Source of the DNA: an uncultured Chlamydiae bacterium
GTDB lineage: Bacteria; Chlamydiota; Chlamydiia; Chlamydiales; SM23-39
Direction of reading: 5' to 3'
Assembly (NCBI GenBank): GCA_963828125.1
Contig: CAWHDP010000002.1
Span: 1,847,165 to 1,911,164, forward strand
Length of the DNA: 64,000 nucleotides
Part shown: positions 9,157 to 18,571 of the stretch, piece by piece
How the letters are laid out: every line of letters starts with the position of its first letter
How positions within the stretch are numbered: position 1 is the stretch's first letter
Made by a program: the position numbers and the translations under genes
Notes under the pieces: generated by a model
Told to the model about the DNA's origin: nothing
The model's input: only the letters and a program-made list of their open reading frames with translations
Databases searched by the model: none

Positions 9157-10548
9157 ATGCATGTATCATCTCGCGGCAAGATCTCTTTTCTAGCCCTCGC
9201 ATTGCTGATTATATCGGCGATCGATAGCAATAGGAACCTCCCCTCAGGGGCTATTTTTGGCGCTCCGCTCATCTTTTTTTTCCTCTTCTCAGCGGTTTTT
9301 TTTCTGTTCCCAAGCGCGCTCGTCGCCGCTGAACTTTCGGCCGCCTTTCCCGAAGAAGGGGGGATCTACCATTGGGTCCGTTCCGCCTTTGGCGAAAAAA
9401 TAGGGATGCTCGCCATTTGGCTCCAATGGATCAACACCGTCGTCTGGTTTCCGACCATCCTCTCCTTCATTGCCGGCACTTTGACCTATCTATTCAATCC
9501 TGCTCTGATGGATAACAAAATCTACATGATCTCAGTCATTGCTGCGATTTTCTGGGCCCTCACCCTCGCCAATCTCTTCGGAATCACCGTTTCAGCCCGG
9601 ATTAACACTATTTTCGCTAGTATCGGCACCGTTTTCCCCATGCTCTTCCTCATCGTGCTGGCAATGATCTGGGCCTTCGGCGGCCACCCATTTCAAATTC
9701 CGATCACCTTCGATGCGATTTTCCCCTCCCTCTCTAAATTCGATACATGGACAGCCTTGGAAGCGGTCATGGGTTCGTTTTTGGGGATGGAACTCTCCGG
9801 CGTCCACATCAACAACGTTCCCCATCCGCAAAAAACCTTCCCGAAGGCGCTTCTCCTCTCCTCGCTCTATATTCTCGTCACCATGCTCTTCGGCTCCCTT
9901 GCGATTGCCGTAGTCCTCCCCGCAGACAAGATCAATCTCGCGGGCGGCCTCATGCAAGTCTTTGCCAATTTTTTCGATGTATTTCACTTGAAGGCGCTGA
10001 TCCCTTTGATGAGCTTCTTGATTGTCGTCGGCAGCGTGGGAGGGATGATCAATTGGCTCATTTCCCCTGCCAAAGGGCTCCTCCACGCGTCTCAATATGG
10101 GTTTCTCCCCCCCTACTTCACAAAAACCAACAAGCAAGGCGTCGCCAGCAGAGTTTTGATCGCCCAAGCTGTCCTCGTCACGATCGTCTGCGTAGCTCTC
10201 CTTCTCCTCCCCACAGTGAACGCTTTTTACTGGTTCCTCACGGCTCTCAGCAACTGCCTTTATATGCTCATGTATATCTTGATGTTTCTCGCCGTCTACC
10301 GGCTCCGCCTCAAAAACCTTCAGGGGGCCTTCAAAATCCCCGGAGGCAAAATTGGACTCGGATTTGTCAGCCTGCTTGGACTCATCGGCTCCGCCCTCAC
10401 CATCTTCTTTGGTTTCGTCCCGCCAGACCACGTCCATGTCGGCTCATCCCTCCGCTACATCCTGATGATTGCCATCGGCAATATCGTATTGATCCTCCCG
10501 ATCCTCTTTTTCATCGGATATAAAAAGTACCGGACAAGAGACGGGTAA
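9157..10548 (+). CDS. APC-family amino acid permease (GadC-like)
   Basis: About 12 TM helices, IDSNRNLP in TM1, AELSAAFPEEGGIYHWV, FLGMELSG. Confidence 0.88.
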   Translation: MHVSSRGKISFLALALLIISAIDSNRNLPSGAIFGAPLIFFFLFSAVFFLFPSALVAAELSAAFPEEGGIYHWVRSAFGEKIGMLAIWLQWINTVVWFPTILSFIAGTLTYLFNPALMDNKIYMISVIAAIFWALTLANLFGITVSARINTIFASIGTVFPMLFLIVLAMIWAFGGHPFQIPITFDAIFPSLSKFDTWTALEAVMGSFLGMELSGVHINNVPHPQKTFPKALLLSSLYILVTMLFGSLAIAVVLPADKINLAGGLMQVFANFFDVFHLKALIPLMSFLIVVGSVGGMINWLISPAKGLLHASQYGFLPPYFTKTNKQGVASRVLIAQAVLVTIVCVALLLLPTVNAFYWFLTALSNCLYMLMYILMFLAVYRLRLKNLQGAFKIPGGKIGLGFVSLLGLIGSALTIFFGFVPPDHVHVGSSLRYILMIAIGNIVLILPILFFIGYKKYRTRDG

Positions 10549-10557
10549 ATTGGGTCC

Positions 10558-10587
10558 AAATCCAAGTTATTGGCCGATGGCGGTATA
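10558..10587 (-). repeat. 30-bp dispersed repeat (family C), second copy at 48515-48544
   Basis: AAATCCAAGTTATTGGCCGATGGCGGTATA versus AAATCCAAGTGATTGGCCGATGATTGTATA, 26/30 identical. Confidence 0.75.
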
Positions 10588-11433
10588 GCTATAGCCGATT
10601 TGCTGAACCCACTGATTGATCGACTTCATCCACAAGAGCGCCTCTTTTCCCATCACTTTGATGATGAGAGCCCATGCGGCTGTCATGAGGGCGATTCCGA
10701 TCCACGATTTGAGCGACATGCCAAGAAATACGATCTGCACTTGGGGCGCTAGCCGGTTCGCGATGCCGAGAAACATGTCGGTGAGGAGGATCCCGACGAG
10801 GGCGGGGGCTGAAAGCTGGATGGCGAGATTCATGACTTTCGCAAAGAGGCGGATGACCATTTTTGCAAATGGCGTTTTGAGGGAAAAAAAGGTGGCGTTC
10901 ACGAGGCTGTCGACGGGGATGAGCTGGTAGGAGGCGGCGACGGCGTCGAGAAAGAGAAAGGGGCCGTTGAGGGAGAAGAAAATAGCGATGAGGACATAGT
11001 TGTAGAGCAGGCCGATGGGCCCTGTTTGGCTCTGGGTGGTCGGGTCGGTCACTTGGAGCGAGGCTGAACCGCGCTGGTGGTCGATGAGGCCGCCCGCCAT
11101 CTGGGCGATAAAGAAGGGGATGGCGGCGAGGAAACCGAGGATCATGCCGATGAGGAGTTCTTTGATGAGATAGCCGATGAAAGTGAGGTTGAAGGGGAGT
11201 TCTCCCTTAGCAACCATTAGATTCTGAGGAAGGACGATGGCGACAAGGGCAGTTGCAAACATCATCCGGATCGCCATGGGGACGTTTTTGGAGCCGAAAA
11301 AAGGGGCGAGGGCCAAAATGGGGAGGATCCGGGCGAGGGTGAGGAAAAAAAGGGAGAGGACGGTGGCCGGTTGCAGGTGTGGAAGCGCGAGGAGGAGGGA
11401 GACGTAATCTTCTGTGGCGGTGAGCGAGTTCAT
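10567..11433 (-). CDS. sctT: T3SS export apparatus subunit SctT
   Basis: LARILPILALAPFFG, KELLIG, AGGLIDHQRG, GIANRLAPQVQ; operon position. Confidence 0.95.
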   Translation of the reverse strand: MNSLTATEDYVSLLLALPHLQPATVLSLFFLTLARILPILALAPFFGSKNVPMAIRMMFATALVAIVLPQNLMVAKGELPFNLTFIGYLIKELLIGMILGFLAAIPFFIAQMAGGLIDHQRGSASLQVTDPTTQSQTGPIGLLYNYVLIAIFFSLNGPFLFLDAVAASYQLIPVDSLVNATFFSLKTPFAKMVIRLFAKVMNLAIQLSAPALVGILLTDMFLGIANRLAPQVQIVFLGMSLKSWIGIALMTAAWALIIKVMGKEALLWMKSINQWVQQIGYSYTAIGQ

Positions 11434-11702
11434 CCCGCGCCTGCCTTCGAGATAGCGCTAAAGATGGTGTTTGTGTACTGGAGAACCATCGAGCCGAGCC
11501 AGCCGCCAAGAAAAATGATGGTGAAGACGACGGCAAAAAGTTTGACGGTGAAAGAGAGGGTCTGCTCCTGAATTTGGGTCGCAGCTTGGAAAATGGCGAC
11601 GATGAGGCCGAGGACGGTGCTGATGATGATCGGGGGACCCGAGAGGATCAGGATTAAGATCAGGGCCTGGTACGATAGGGAATAGATCTCATTTGCAAAC
11701 AT
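11430..11702 (-). CDS. sctS: T3SS export apparatus subunit SctS
   Basis: GLIVAIFQAATQIQEQTLSFTVKL signature. Confidence 0.96.
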   Translation of the reverse strand: MFANEIYSLSYQALILILILSGPPIIISTVLGLIVAIFQAATQIQEQTLSFTVKLFAVVFTIIFLGGWLGSMVLQYTNTIFSAISKAGAG

Positions 11703-11704
11703 AG

Positions 11705-12484
11705 TTACCTAAACGACATGGCTAATGCTTGAACGAGGACCGTCCATCCGTCGATCATGACGAGGAGGAGGAGCTTAATTGGCAGGGCAATGGTGAGCGG
11801 CGAGAGCATCATCATACCCATTGCAAGGAGAATGTTCGAAACGACAAGGTCGATCACAAAAAAGGGGAGATAGATAAGAACTCCGATTTCAAAGGCGGTC
11901 TTGAGCTGGCTGGTGATAAATGAGGGGATCAGGACGATAAAATCGGTCTGTTTAAGCTCCGTTTTATACGGCTCGGGAAAGGTTTTTGTCCCTAAAGCGT
12001 AAAAACTTTGGATGTGTTTGGCCGAGACGTTTCTTTGTAGAAAATCACGCAGCGGCTCTTTCGCTTTATCGATCACGTCAACGACAAAAATGGCCGACTG
12101 ATTCGAGAGGATGTCGGCGGGAGGATTGGTTTTAAGAACCCCTTCGGAGGCCTTGTACATCAAGAGGGCTGTTGGAAACATGACGTACAGGGTGACGAGG
12201 AGGGCGATCCCGTTCAGCACTTGGTTGGGGGGGGTCTGCTGCACGCCAAGGGCTTGCCGGAGAAAAGAGAGGACGACGATGATCTTCATGAATGAGGTGA
12301 GGAGCATGATCGCAAAAGGGAGGAGCGATAGGCCAGCTAGAACGGCGAGCTTGGTCACCATCGAGGGGTTATTGCTCGGCGGGAGATCGGAGACGGTTTG
12401 GCTTTGAGTTTTTTGGACAGGGGCGTTTTGCGCCGCGAGAGGCGAGCCGATAAGGAGAAGAAGGCAAATCAGATATTTCCACAT
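11705..12484 (-). CDS. sctR: T3SS export apparatus subunit SctR
   Basis: TSFMKIIVVLSFLRQALGVQQTPPNQVL, AFEIGVLIYLPF, LAMGMMMLSP, DGW. Confidence 0.97.
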   Translation of the reverse strand: MWKYLICLLLLIGSPLAAQNAPVQKTQSQTVSDLPPSNNPSMVTKLAVLAGLSLLPFAIMLLTSFMKIIVVLSFLRQALGVQQTPPNQVLNGIALLVTLYVMFPTALLMYKASEGVLKTNPPADILSNQSAIFVVDVIDKAKEPLRDFLQRNVSAKHIQSFYALGTKTFPEPYKTELKQTDFIVLIPSFITSQLKTAFEIGVLIYLPFFVIDLVVSNILLAMGMMMLSPLTIALPIKLLLLVMIDGWTVLVQALAMSFR

Positions 12485-12485
12485 A

Positions 12486-13112
12486 CTATTTTTTCATAAA
12501 CGATTCAAAGGCCGATTCCAGCGCCCGCCATTGATTTTCGAGCTGCGCATTGATAATACCTGCTTCGGTTTCTATCATGCAACCCCCCGGTTCAATATCG
12601 CCCCTTTCTTGGATCGAAAGATTCTCAAGGCGCTCGAAAATGCTTTTGATTTGGCTCTTGTGATCTTCGAGGATTTGGAGGTCGGCTTTATTCACGTAGA
12701 TGACGATTTTCCGATGTTGCGTCACCGGTTTTAAGGAGGTGAGGACGATGTCGACGATCCGGTCGGGATGGAGCCGGAGCTCCTCGCCGATGATTTTCCG
12801 GGCCGCCTTTAAGGAGAGGGGGAGTATCTTTTTCTGGATCTCTTCTCTCAGCCGCTTCAACTCCTCATCGAGAGCGAGCAAGTGCTTGTTCAGTGAGACG
12901 AGCCCTTCTTGAAATCCCTCTTGAAAGGCGAGCTCTTTCGTCTTCTCCCCCTCTTCGACGATTTTTTTTCTATAGGCAAGGGCCTCTTCTTTCACAGTTG
13001 TCAATAGCTCGCTTGCTTGAGAGAGGGTGCTGAACTCTTTGGCGGGAATGACTTTCTCTCCAGGGGCGATCCGCACCTCCTTGCCGGAAATGAGGGAAAA
13101 AAATTTCTTCAT
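12486..13112 (-). CDS. sctL: T3SS stator SctL
   Basis: Start MKKFFSLI at 13112 overlapping the upstream stop; FQEGFQEG, GGCMIETEAGIINAQL. Confidence 0.93.
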   Translation of the reverse strand: MKKFFSLISGKEVRIAPGEKVIPAKEFSTLSQASELLTTVKEEALAYRKKIVEEGEKTKELAFQEGFQEGLVSLNKHLLALDEELKRLREEIQKKILPLSLKAARKIIGEELRLHPDRIVDIVLTSLKPVTQHRKIVIYVNKADLQILEDHKSQIKSIFERLENLSIQERGDIEPGGCMIETEAGIINAQLENQWRALESAFESFMKK

Positions 13113-13963
13113 AAAAGCTCTTCTATCTGGGGTAGGATCGCATCGGTCACGCCGTGGATCGGTTCTTTTGCACACAATTTGTATAGGGCATTCCCCCGGC
13201 CGATATCCAACTGATGGCAGATGTACCAAATGAAATCGGGATCTTGCCCCGATAGCCCTGCGCCAAAACGGGCCAGGCCCCGCTTGTGCAAAAGGGTCCG
13301 GAGCGACTCTTCTGAGCCGTCCCACCTCTCAAGTCCCAATTTGCCGAGAGTGAACGGGTCTTTATGCGCTGTGGCTGTTTTGAGGAACTTCCGCTCCTCT
13401 TCCGATAAAAGACTGTAGATTTTTTTCAAGATTTTTGTCTCGACAATTTGCCTGAGCTCTGCCGCAAGGTCGTGGATCGAGAGGAGATCGATCAGCCGGG
13501 TCAGCTCTTTTTTGGAACAATGGAGCAATCGAGATAGGGAGGAGGAGGGCAAATAGTCGAGCGGGAGGAGCCGATCTTCCGGCCCCACCAGGCTGTCTAA
13601 GAGAATTTTTTGCAAAAAAGCTCTGCCGATTTCACTCGTTTCATGGCCATTGGACGATAGGATCAGCGCCTTGGCCAGATTTTTGGCGGAGTAAGGGTTG
13701 AGGGCCGATAGGAACAATTTTTGTTCCGTTTCGGGGTAGGTTTTGAGCGTCGGTAAAAACCAAGACCAGTGAACTTTTTCAAGAATATTGCCGTGTGAAA
13801 ACCGGTCGGGCTGCACCTCGGCCCCCATCATGGGGAGGGCGTCGAGCTGTCTCCTCTCGGACTCAGGCAAAAAACGCTCCAACGCCACCCTCTTCGTGGG
13901 CTCGCAGCGGCCTAAGAGAGCCTTGAGAACCATCCCTGTTCGAGGTTCGTTGGATTTTTTCAC
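13109..13963 (-). CDS. Chlamydial T3SS protein between sctJ and sctL (CT560-like, SctK position)
   Basis: VHWSW and LDIGRG motifs; conserved position in the sctJ-x-L-R-S-T operon. Confidence 0.8.
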   Translation of the reverse strand: MKKSNEPRTGMVLKALLGRCEPTKRVALERFLPESERRQLDALPMMGAEVQPDRFSHGNILEKVHWSWFLPTLKTYPETEQKLFLSALNPYSAKNLAKALILSSNGHETSEIGRAFLQKILLDSLVGPEDRLLPLDYLPSSSLSRLLHCSKKELTRLIDLLSIHDLAAELRQIVETKILKKIYSLLSEEERKFLKTATAHKDPFTLGKLGLERWDGSEESLRTLLHKRGLARFGAGLSGQDPDFIWYICHQLDIGRGNALYKLCAKEPIHGVTDAILPQIEELL

Positions 13964-13966
13964 GCT

Positions 13967-14842
13967 CTAAGTCCCCGGCGGTGGAATTTCAGGCGCTTTT
14001 TCCTCGGATTTAAGCCGCATGATTGGATAGAACTTATAGAGGAGCCAACCGATCCCCCCAGCGAAAAGAAGGAGGAGGAAAATAAAGAAGAAAAAAATCA
14101 CGCGGAAGCGGGTCAGAGAATTCTTGGTTAAAACAAGCCCCCAGATGCTCACATAGGTCTGTTGGAGCGATTTGGCTCCGATCATTTCTCCCGCCGGCTG
14201 CAAAATGATGTCTGCTAAGCGGGACCTGTCTGAAATGACCGAGACGTCTTCAAAATTGAGTCCATTGACGCTCCCCGCCATCAGCCGTTTGATTTTCACT
14301 TCCATATGGCTGTTCGGATCTTCCATGATCCCTTGATGCTTCACGTAGACGGCGGCGGTGGTTTTTAGCGGCGGAGCTCCGGGCGTCGGCGTCCCCTCGC
14401 TTGCGGGGAAAGAGATTTGAACGTCAGCGTCGAGCACTCCGTCCATCTTCAAAATCGTATTTTTCAGCTCTTCGGCCAAACCTGCCTGATAGCGGATCGT
14501 CTCCTCTCTATCTGTAGAGACGAGCCCTCCTCCGGCAAACAGAGTGAGGAGATTGGTCCCTTGTCTGCGCGGCAAACCGTACTGATTGAGCAGGGCCATG
14601 GCCTGGGTCAACTGGTCTTCAGAGACAGCGATGTTGAACAGGTCGGTCGCTGCGCCTGCCGCTGCAGTCGAAGAGGGGGGGGCGGCTATTTTTTGCGCTG
14701 CGATCCCTTTCGAGGCGAGAAATACAATGATCTCATTCGCATCGCGCTCATCGATATTGCTGACGATCGATTGGTTCGCTGCGCACCCAGCTAAAAGGAG
14801 CAGGAGAAGAAAAGAGAGTTTCACAAGAGACTTTCGGATCAT
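13967..14842 (-). CDS. sctJ: T3SS inner-ring lipoprotein SctJ
   Basis: Lipobox LAGC, ERDANEIIVFL, GLPR, MDGVLDADVQIS, C-terminal TM. Confidence 0.95.
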   Translation of the reverse strand: MIRKSLVKLSFLLLLLLAGCAANQSIVSNIDERDANEIIVFLASKGIAAQKIAAPPSSTAAAGAATDLFNIAVSEDQLTQAMALLNQYGLPRRQGTNLLTLFAGGGLVSTDREETIRYQAGLAEELKNTILKMDGVLDADVQISFPASEGTPTPGAPPLKTTAAVYVKHQGIMEDPNSHMEVKIKRLMAGSVNGLNFEDVSVISDRSRLADIILQPAGEMIGAKSLQQTYVSIWGLVLTKNSLTRFRVIFFFFIFLLLLFAGGIGWLLYKFYPIMRLKSEEKAPEIPPPGT

Positions 14843-14894
14843 TTTTAGCACCTACCACAGTTATACACTGAACCGATTTCGGTTTTCAACAAAA

Positions 14895-16478
14895 TCAGTG
14901 TTTCCTCTTCTCAAGGTACTCTTCTAGGGGGCCGTCGTGAATATGCATTCCATCGTCTTCGAAGGCGATGATTTGAGTGGCAAAGCCGTTGATGAGTTCT
15001 CTATCGTGCGTCGCTACGATCGCGGTCCCCTTAAAGTCCTCTAGACCCCAAGCGAGCGCTGAAACGGCTTCGAGGTCGAGGTGATTGTTCGGCTCGTCGA
15101 GAATGAATGTGTTCGGCCCTGTCAAAATCAGGCTCCCGAGAATGAGGCGGGCCGCCTCGCCGCCGGAGAGATTGGAGAGCGGCTTGAACGCGTCATCGCC
15201 GCTGAAGAGCATTTTGCCGAGGACGCCCCGCACGTCTTGGTCAAAGACCGCTTGCTTACGGGCTTTGAGCCAATCGAAGGCGGTCTCTTGGCTGTGTTTG
15301 TTGAGCACCTCGCCGTGGTTTTGGGGAAAATAGCCAATATTTACGCCGTGGCCTACAGTGATCTTGCCGCTGTCCGGGGTCAACAGGCCAGCGAGAAGTT
15401 TGAGCAGAGTCGTTTTGCCTCTGCCGTTATTTCCGATCACTGCGATTTTAGCGCCCCGCTGAATTTCAAGAGAAACTCCTTGAAAGACCGGAATCCCGTC
15501 GTAAGACTTAGAGAGCTCGCCCGCTTTCAGCACCATTTGACCCGACTGTTTTTCGGGAGCGGGGAAGCGGATGTAGGGGCGTTGGATGTTCGATTTCTTC
15601 AATTCGAGCGGTTGGAGTCTGTTAATTTCTCTGATCCGCGACTGGACTTGGCTGGCCCGTGTTCCGGCGCCAAACTTGGCGACGAACTCTTTCAGCTGGG
15701 AAATCTTTTTCTCTTTGGCCTTGTTTTCGTCCTCGGCCCTCCCCCGGACTGCGGTTTTGGTGACGAGCATGGAGTCGTAGTTGCCCGGGTAGGTGATGAC
15801 GGTCTCATAATCGATGTCGGCGATGTGGGTGCAGATCGAATTCAAAAAGTGCCGGTCATGGCTAACGACAACCAAAGTCCCTTCATAATTGTGGAGGAAT
15901 TCCTCCAGCCAGGAGATCGAGTCGAGATCGAGATGGTTCGTCGGTTCATCGAGAAGAAGCGCTTGCGGATGGCCGAAGAGCGCCTGACAGAGGAGCGCGC
16001 GGAATTGCCGGTCGCTTGGGACTTCATGCATTTTCTTCCGGTGCTGCTCCTCCGGTATCCCCATGCCGGTCAAGAGTACTTCGGCCTCCGATTCAGCCGA
16101 ATACCCCTCCTCATCGGCGATCACCTCTTCGAGTTCGCCAAGCCGCATGCCGACCGCATCGGTCATCTCCACCTCATACAACCGATCCCGCTCGCTTAGT
16201 GCGTCCCATAGACGGTTGTTTCCCATAATGACTGTATCGATCACGGTGAAATCCCTGAAATCTTCGATCCGCTGTTTTAAAAATCCCACTTTTTTCGGCA
16301 GGGTGACAATCCCCGTCGTCTGGGGCTCTGCGCCCATGATGATCTTGAGAAGGGTCGATTTGCCAGAGCCGTTTGGACCCGTTAAGCCGTATCTGCAGTG
16401 ATCGTTAAAGGTAAAATTGACGTCCTCAAAAAGGGTTCGATTGCCGACCCGCTTGGAAATTTTTTCTAATGTAATCAT
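14895..16478 (-). CDS. ABC-F family ATPase (YbiT-like)
   Basis: Two ABC domains (GPNGSGKS, GNNGRGKT, LLLDEPTNHLD, LSGGE) and no TM. Real start MITLEKIS at 16478. Confidence 0.92.
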   Translation of the reverse strand: MITLEKISKRVGNRTLFEDVNFTFNDHCRYGLTGPNGSGKSTLLKIIMGAEPQTTGIVTLPKKVGFLKQRIEDFRDFTVIDTVIMGNNRLWDALSERDRLYEVEMTDAVGMRLGELEEVIADEEGYSAESEAEVLLTGMGIPEEQHRKKMHEVPSDRQFRALLCQALFGHPQALLLDEPTNHLDLDSISWLEEFLHNYEGTLVVVSHDRHFLNSICTHIADIDYETVITYPGNYDSMLVTKTAVRGRAEDENKAKEKKISQLKEFVAKFGAGTRASQVQSRIREINRLQPLELKKSNIQRPYIRFPAPEKQSGQMVLKAGELSKSYDGIPVFQGVSLEIQRGAKIAVIGNNGRGKTTLLKLLAGLLTPDSGKITVGHGVNIGYFPQNHGEVLNKHSQETAFDWLKARKQAVFDQDVRGVLGKMLFSGDDAFKPLSNLSGGEAARLILGSLILTGPNTFILDEPNNHLDLEAVSALAWGLEDFKGTAIVATHDRELINGFATQIIAFEDDGMHIHDGPLEEYLEKRKH

Positions 16479-16502
16479 GCTGAAAAATGATACCATACGG
16501 CT

Positions 16503-17369
16503 ATGGACTTTTTCAAGAATATTGACCAGTTTTTGCTCCACCTCAAATTGGCCAAGGGGGTCTCTCCGCATACCCTGAGGGGATACAAGATCGATCTGAG
16601 CGCTTTTTTTACTTTTGCCGGGGGCGAGGAGATCTCTAAAAAGGTGATTCGCCGCTATCTTGCCCACCTCTATCAGAAAAAAGCTGCCTCTAAAACCGTC
16701 TTGCGCAAGATCTCGTCTCTCAGGAGCTTTTATCGGCACGCCATTCGGGAAAAATGGGTCGCCGCAAATCCTCTGGAGGAGATCGATACCCCTAAAAAAG
16801 AGAGACGGCTCCCCGTCTCGATCACCTACCCTCAAATCCAGCACCTCTTCAACCAACCCGATCTATCGAGTTATTTGGGATTTAGGGACAGAGTGATCAT
16901 GGAACTCTTTTATAGCTCAGCGCTCCGTTTGAGCGAGCTTGCGGGGCTGAACCGGAGAGATCTCGATGCCGATCAATGTATTGTCAATATTTTTGGCAAA
17001 GGGAAAAAACAGCGGCAGATCCCCATTACTGAAACGGCAGCGGGTTGGCTCCGCCGCTATCTCAATCATCCCGAGCGGGACGAAAAAGAGGATCAGGCGA
17101 TCTTTCTCAATAAATATGGGAGAAGGCTCTCTCCCCGGTCGATCGATCGGAACTTTGCCGCCTATTTGAAAGCCAGCGGACTTTCCGAGCGGATCACCCC
17201 TCACACGATTCGGCATACCATCGCTACCCATTGGCTCGAAAACGGAATGGATTTGAAAACGATCCAGATGCTTTTAGGTCACACATCTCTTTCAACGACG
17301 ACAATTTATACTCATGTTTCTCCGAAGCTCAAGCGGGCGGTTTATGACAAAACACATCCTAGAGCCTGA
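16503..17369 (+). CDS. xerC: Tyrosine recombinase XerC/XerD
   Basis: SPHTLRGY, ALRLSEL, GKGKKQR, PHTIRHTIATHWL, LLGH, TTIYTHV. Confidence 0.88.
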   Translation: MDFFKNIDQFLLHLKLAKGVSPHTLRGYKIDLSAFFTFAGGEEISKKVIRRYLAHLYQKKAASKTVLRKISSLRSFYRHAIREKWVAANPLEEIDTPKKERRLPVSITYPQIQHLFNQPDLSSYLGFRDRVIMELFYSSALRLSELAGLNRRDLDADQCIVNIFGKGKKQRQIPITETAAGWLRRYLNHPERDEKEDQAIFLNKYGRRLSPRSIDRNFAAYLKASGLSERITPHTIRHTIATHWLENGMDLKTIQMLLGHTSLSTTTIYTHVSPKLKRAVYDKTHPRA

Positions 17370-17378
17370 AAAAAAATT

Positions 17379-17693
17379 GGGGTGGCGTTAAGCCGGATTC
17401 TGTCGAGAGCCATCATTCCTCTGGGAGATCTGTTGCCAAATCCCTCAAGCGGTCAGCTTAGGAGTCGCTGCGCGGAACACGCTATCCAAATTCGACCTTG
17501 CTTCAGACAGGGTTTACAACGGTCCCGGTCGCCCGGGATCCGATCGAGTGAACAACTCGAACTTTTCAACCTAACCGGTATAGTCTCTGTTGCACTTTCC
17601 GTCACCTTGCGGCGCCCAGCCGTTAACTGGTATCCTTTCCTGCGAAGTCCAGACTTTCCTCACCTTGTTGAAGGTGCGATGACTTACCACCCC
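17379..17693 (-). ncRNA. rnpB: RNase P RNA (type A, compact, about 315 nt)
   Basis: The minus strand has GAGGAAAGTCTGGAC and ACAGAATCCGGCTTA (P4 halves pair), GAAAGTGCAACAG, GTAAACCC, GAAGCAAGG and a terminal P1 GGGGTGG/CCACCCC. Confidence 0.95.
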
Positions 17694-17699
17694 AAAAAC

Positions 17700-18467
17700 T
17701 TATACGCTTGTTGTTTTGCGACGACGCCGTTTCGTAGCCACTGCAGTTCCTTCCAACTCTTCGCTTTGCTGCCAGAAGTGGATGCGGGAGCAGTGTTCGC
17801 AAAAGGTGAGCCGCTCTCCTCTTCGGACGACGTTTTCATGTTGTGCGGTGAGTGCAATATGGCAGCCGGAGCAGGTCCTATTTTCGATCGGCACGACAAC
17901 GCGGTCTTTTTTATTATTGAGGAGGCGCTGATAGATCCGAAGAACCTCGGGGTCGGCTGTTTTGGCCAGTTCATTACGAGAGATTTTAAGACCAGCCCCT
18001 TCAAGATTAATGAGCCGGATACTCTCCCGAATCTCATTTTCTAAATTATGGCTGCTCTCTTCCGACTGGAGAAGCGACTCTTTAATTTTTATGAGAATCT
18101 CATCTTCGAGATTTCTCTTATCGATTAAATCGCTCGCGATGTGCTCAGTGGCGATCCGTTCCCGCTCAGAACTCGTCATCTCTTGCGTCAATGCGTTGAA
18201 TTCATCGACTTTTTTGACGGTGTTCTGCTTCGCCTCCAACTTTTTGAGCCTCTCTTTGATGTCGGAAATCTTCGTCTCTTGGACGGCGATATTGCGGCTC
18301 AGATCGGCGATCTCTTCCTCTTTCTCCTGCTGCTGCTGGCGCAGCTCATGGCGGAGCGAATCAATATGCTCCAACTCCTTCAGGCGCTCTTGCTTCAGAC
18401 GCATGAGGCGGATCATCTTCATGTCGAATTCTTGGATGTCTAGAATGACTTTTAACTCTTGCAGCAT
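17700..18467 (-). CDS. cdsZ: Coiled-coil / C4 zinc-ribbon protein (CT398/CdsZ homologue)
   Basis: ILDIQEFDMKMIRLMRLK N-terminus, long coiled coil, CSGC...CEHC, basic tail; located next to rnpB. Confidence 0.9.
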   Translation of the reverse strand: MLQELKVILDIQEFDMKMIRLMRLKQERLKELEHIDSLRHELRQQQQEKEEEIADLSRNIAVQETKISDIKERLKKLEAKQNTVKKVDEFNALTQEMTSSERERIATEHIASDLIDKRNLEDEILIKIKESLLQSEESSHNLENEIRESIRLINLEGAGLKISRNELAKTADPEVLRIYQRLLNNKKDRVVVPIENRTCSGCHIALTAQHENVVRRGERLTFCEHCSRIHFWQQSEELEGTAVATKRRRRKTTSV

Positions 18468-18571
18468 GTACGGAACCTCTGGAAAATAATCGGATTGTTG
18501 GGGATACTATAATGTTTATGAGCTTAATGAAGCAAGCAAATCCTCATCAGAGTCTCTCGCAGGAGTCAAAA

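Noticed and set aside
13113-13325. Extended sctL start in the track
   Set aside because: It overlaps the upstream gene in another frame; MKKFFSLI at 13112 matches the SctL start and the operon overlap.
16479-16856. N-terminal extension of the ABC-F ORF in the track (653 aa)
   Set aside because: It is antisense to xerC; the ABC domain begins at MITLEKIS (16478).
16503-17369. Tyrosine recombinase as a prophage/ICE integrase
   Set aside because: It has XerC/D length and motifs in a core neighbourhood, with no att-flanked cargo and no dif-like site recognised.
17382-18044. 220-aa + strand ORF
   Set aside because: Antisense shadow of rnpB and cdsZ, with no recognisable protein features.
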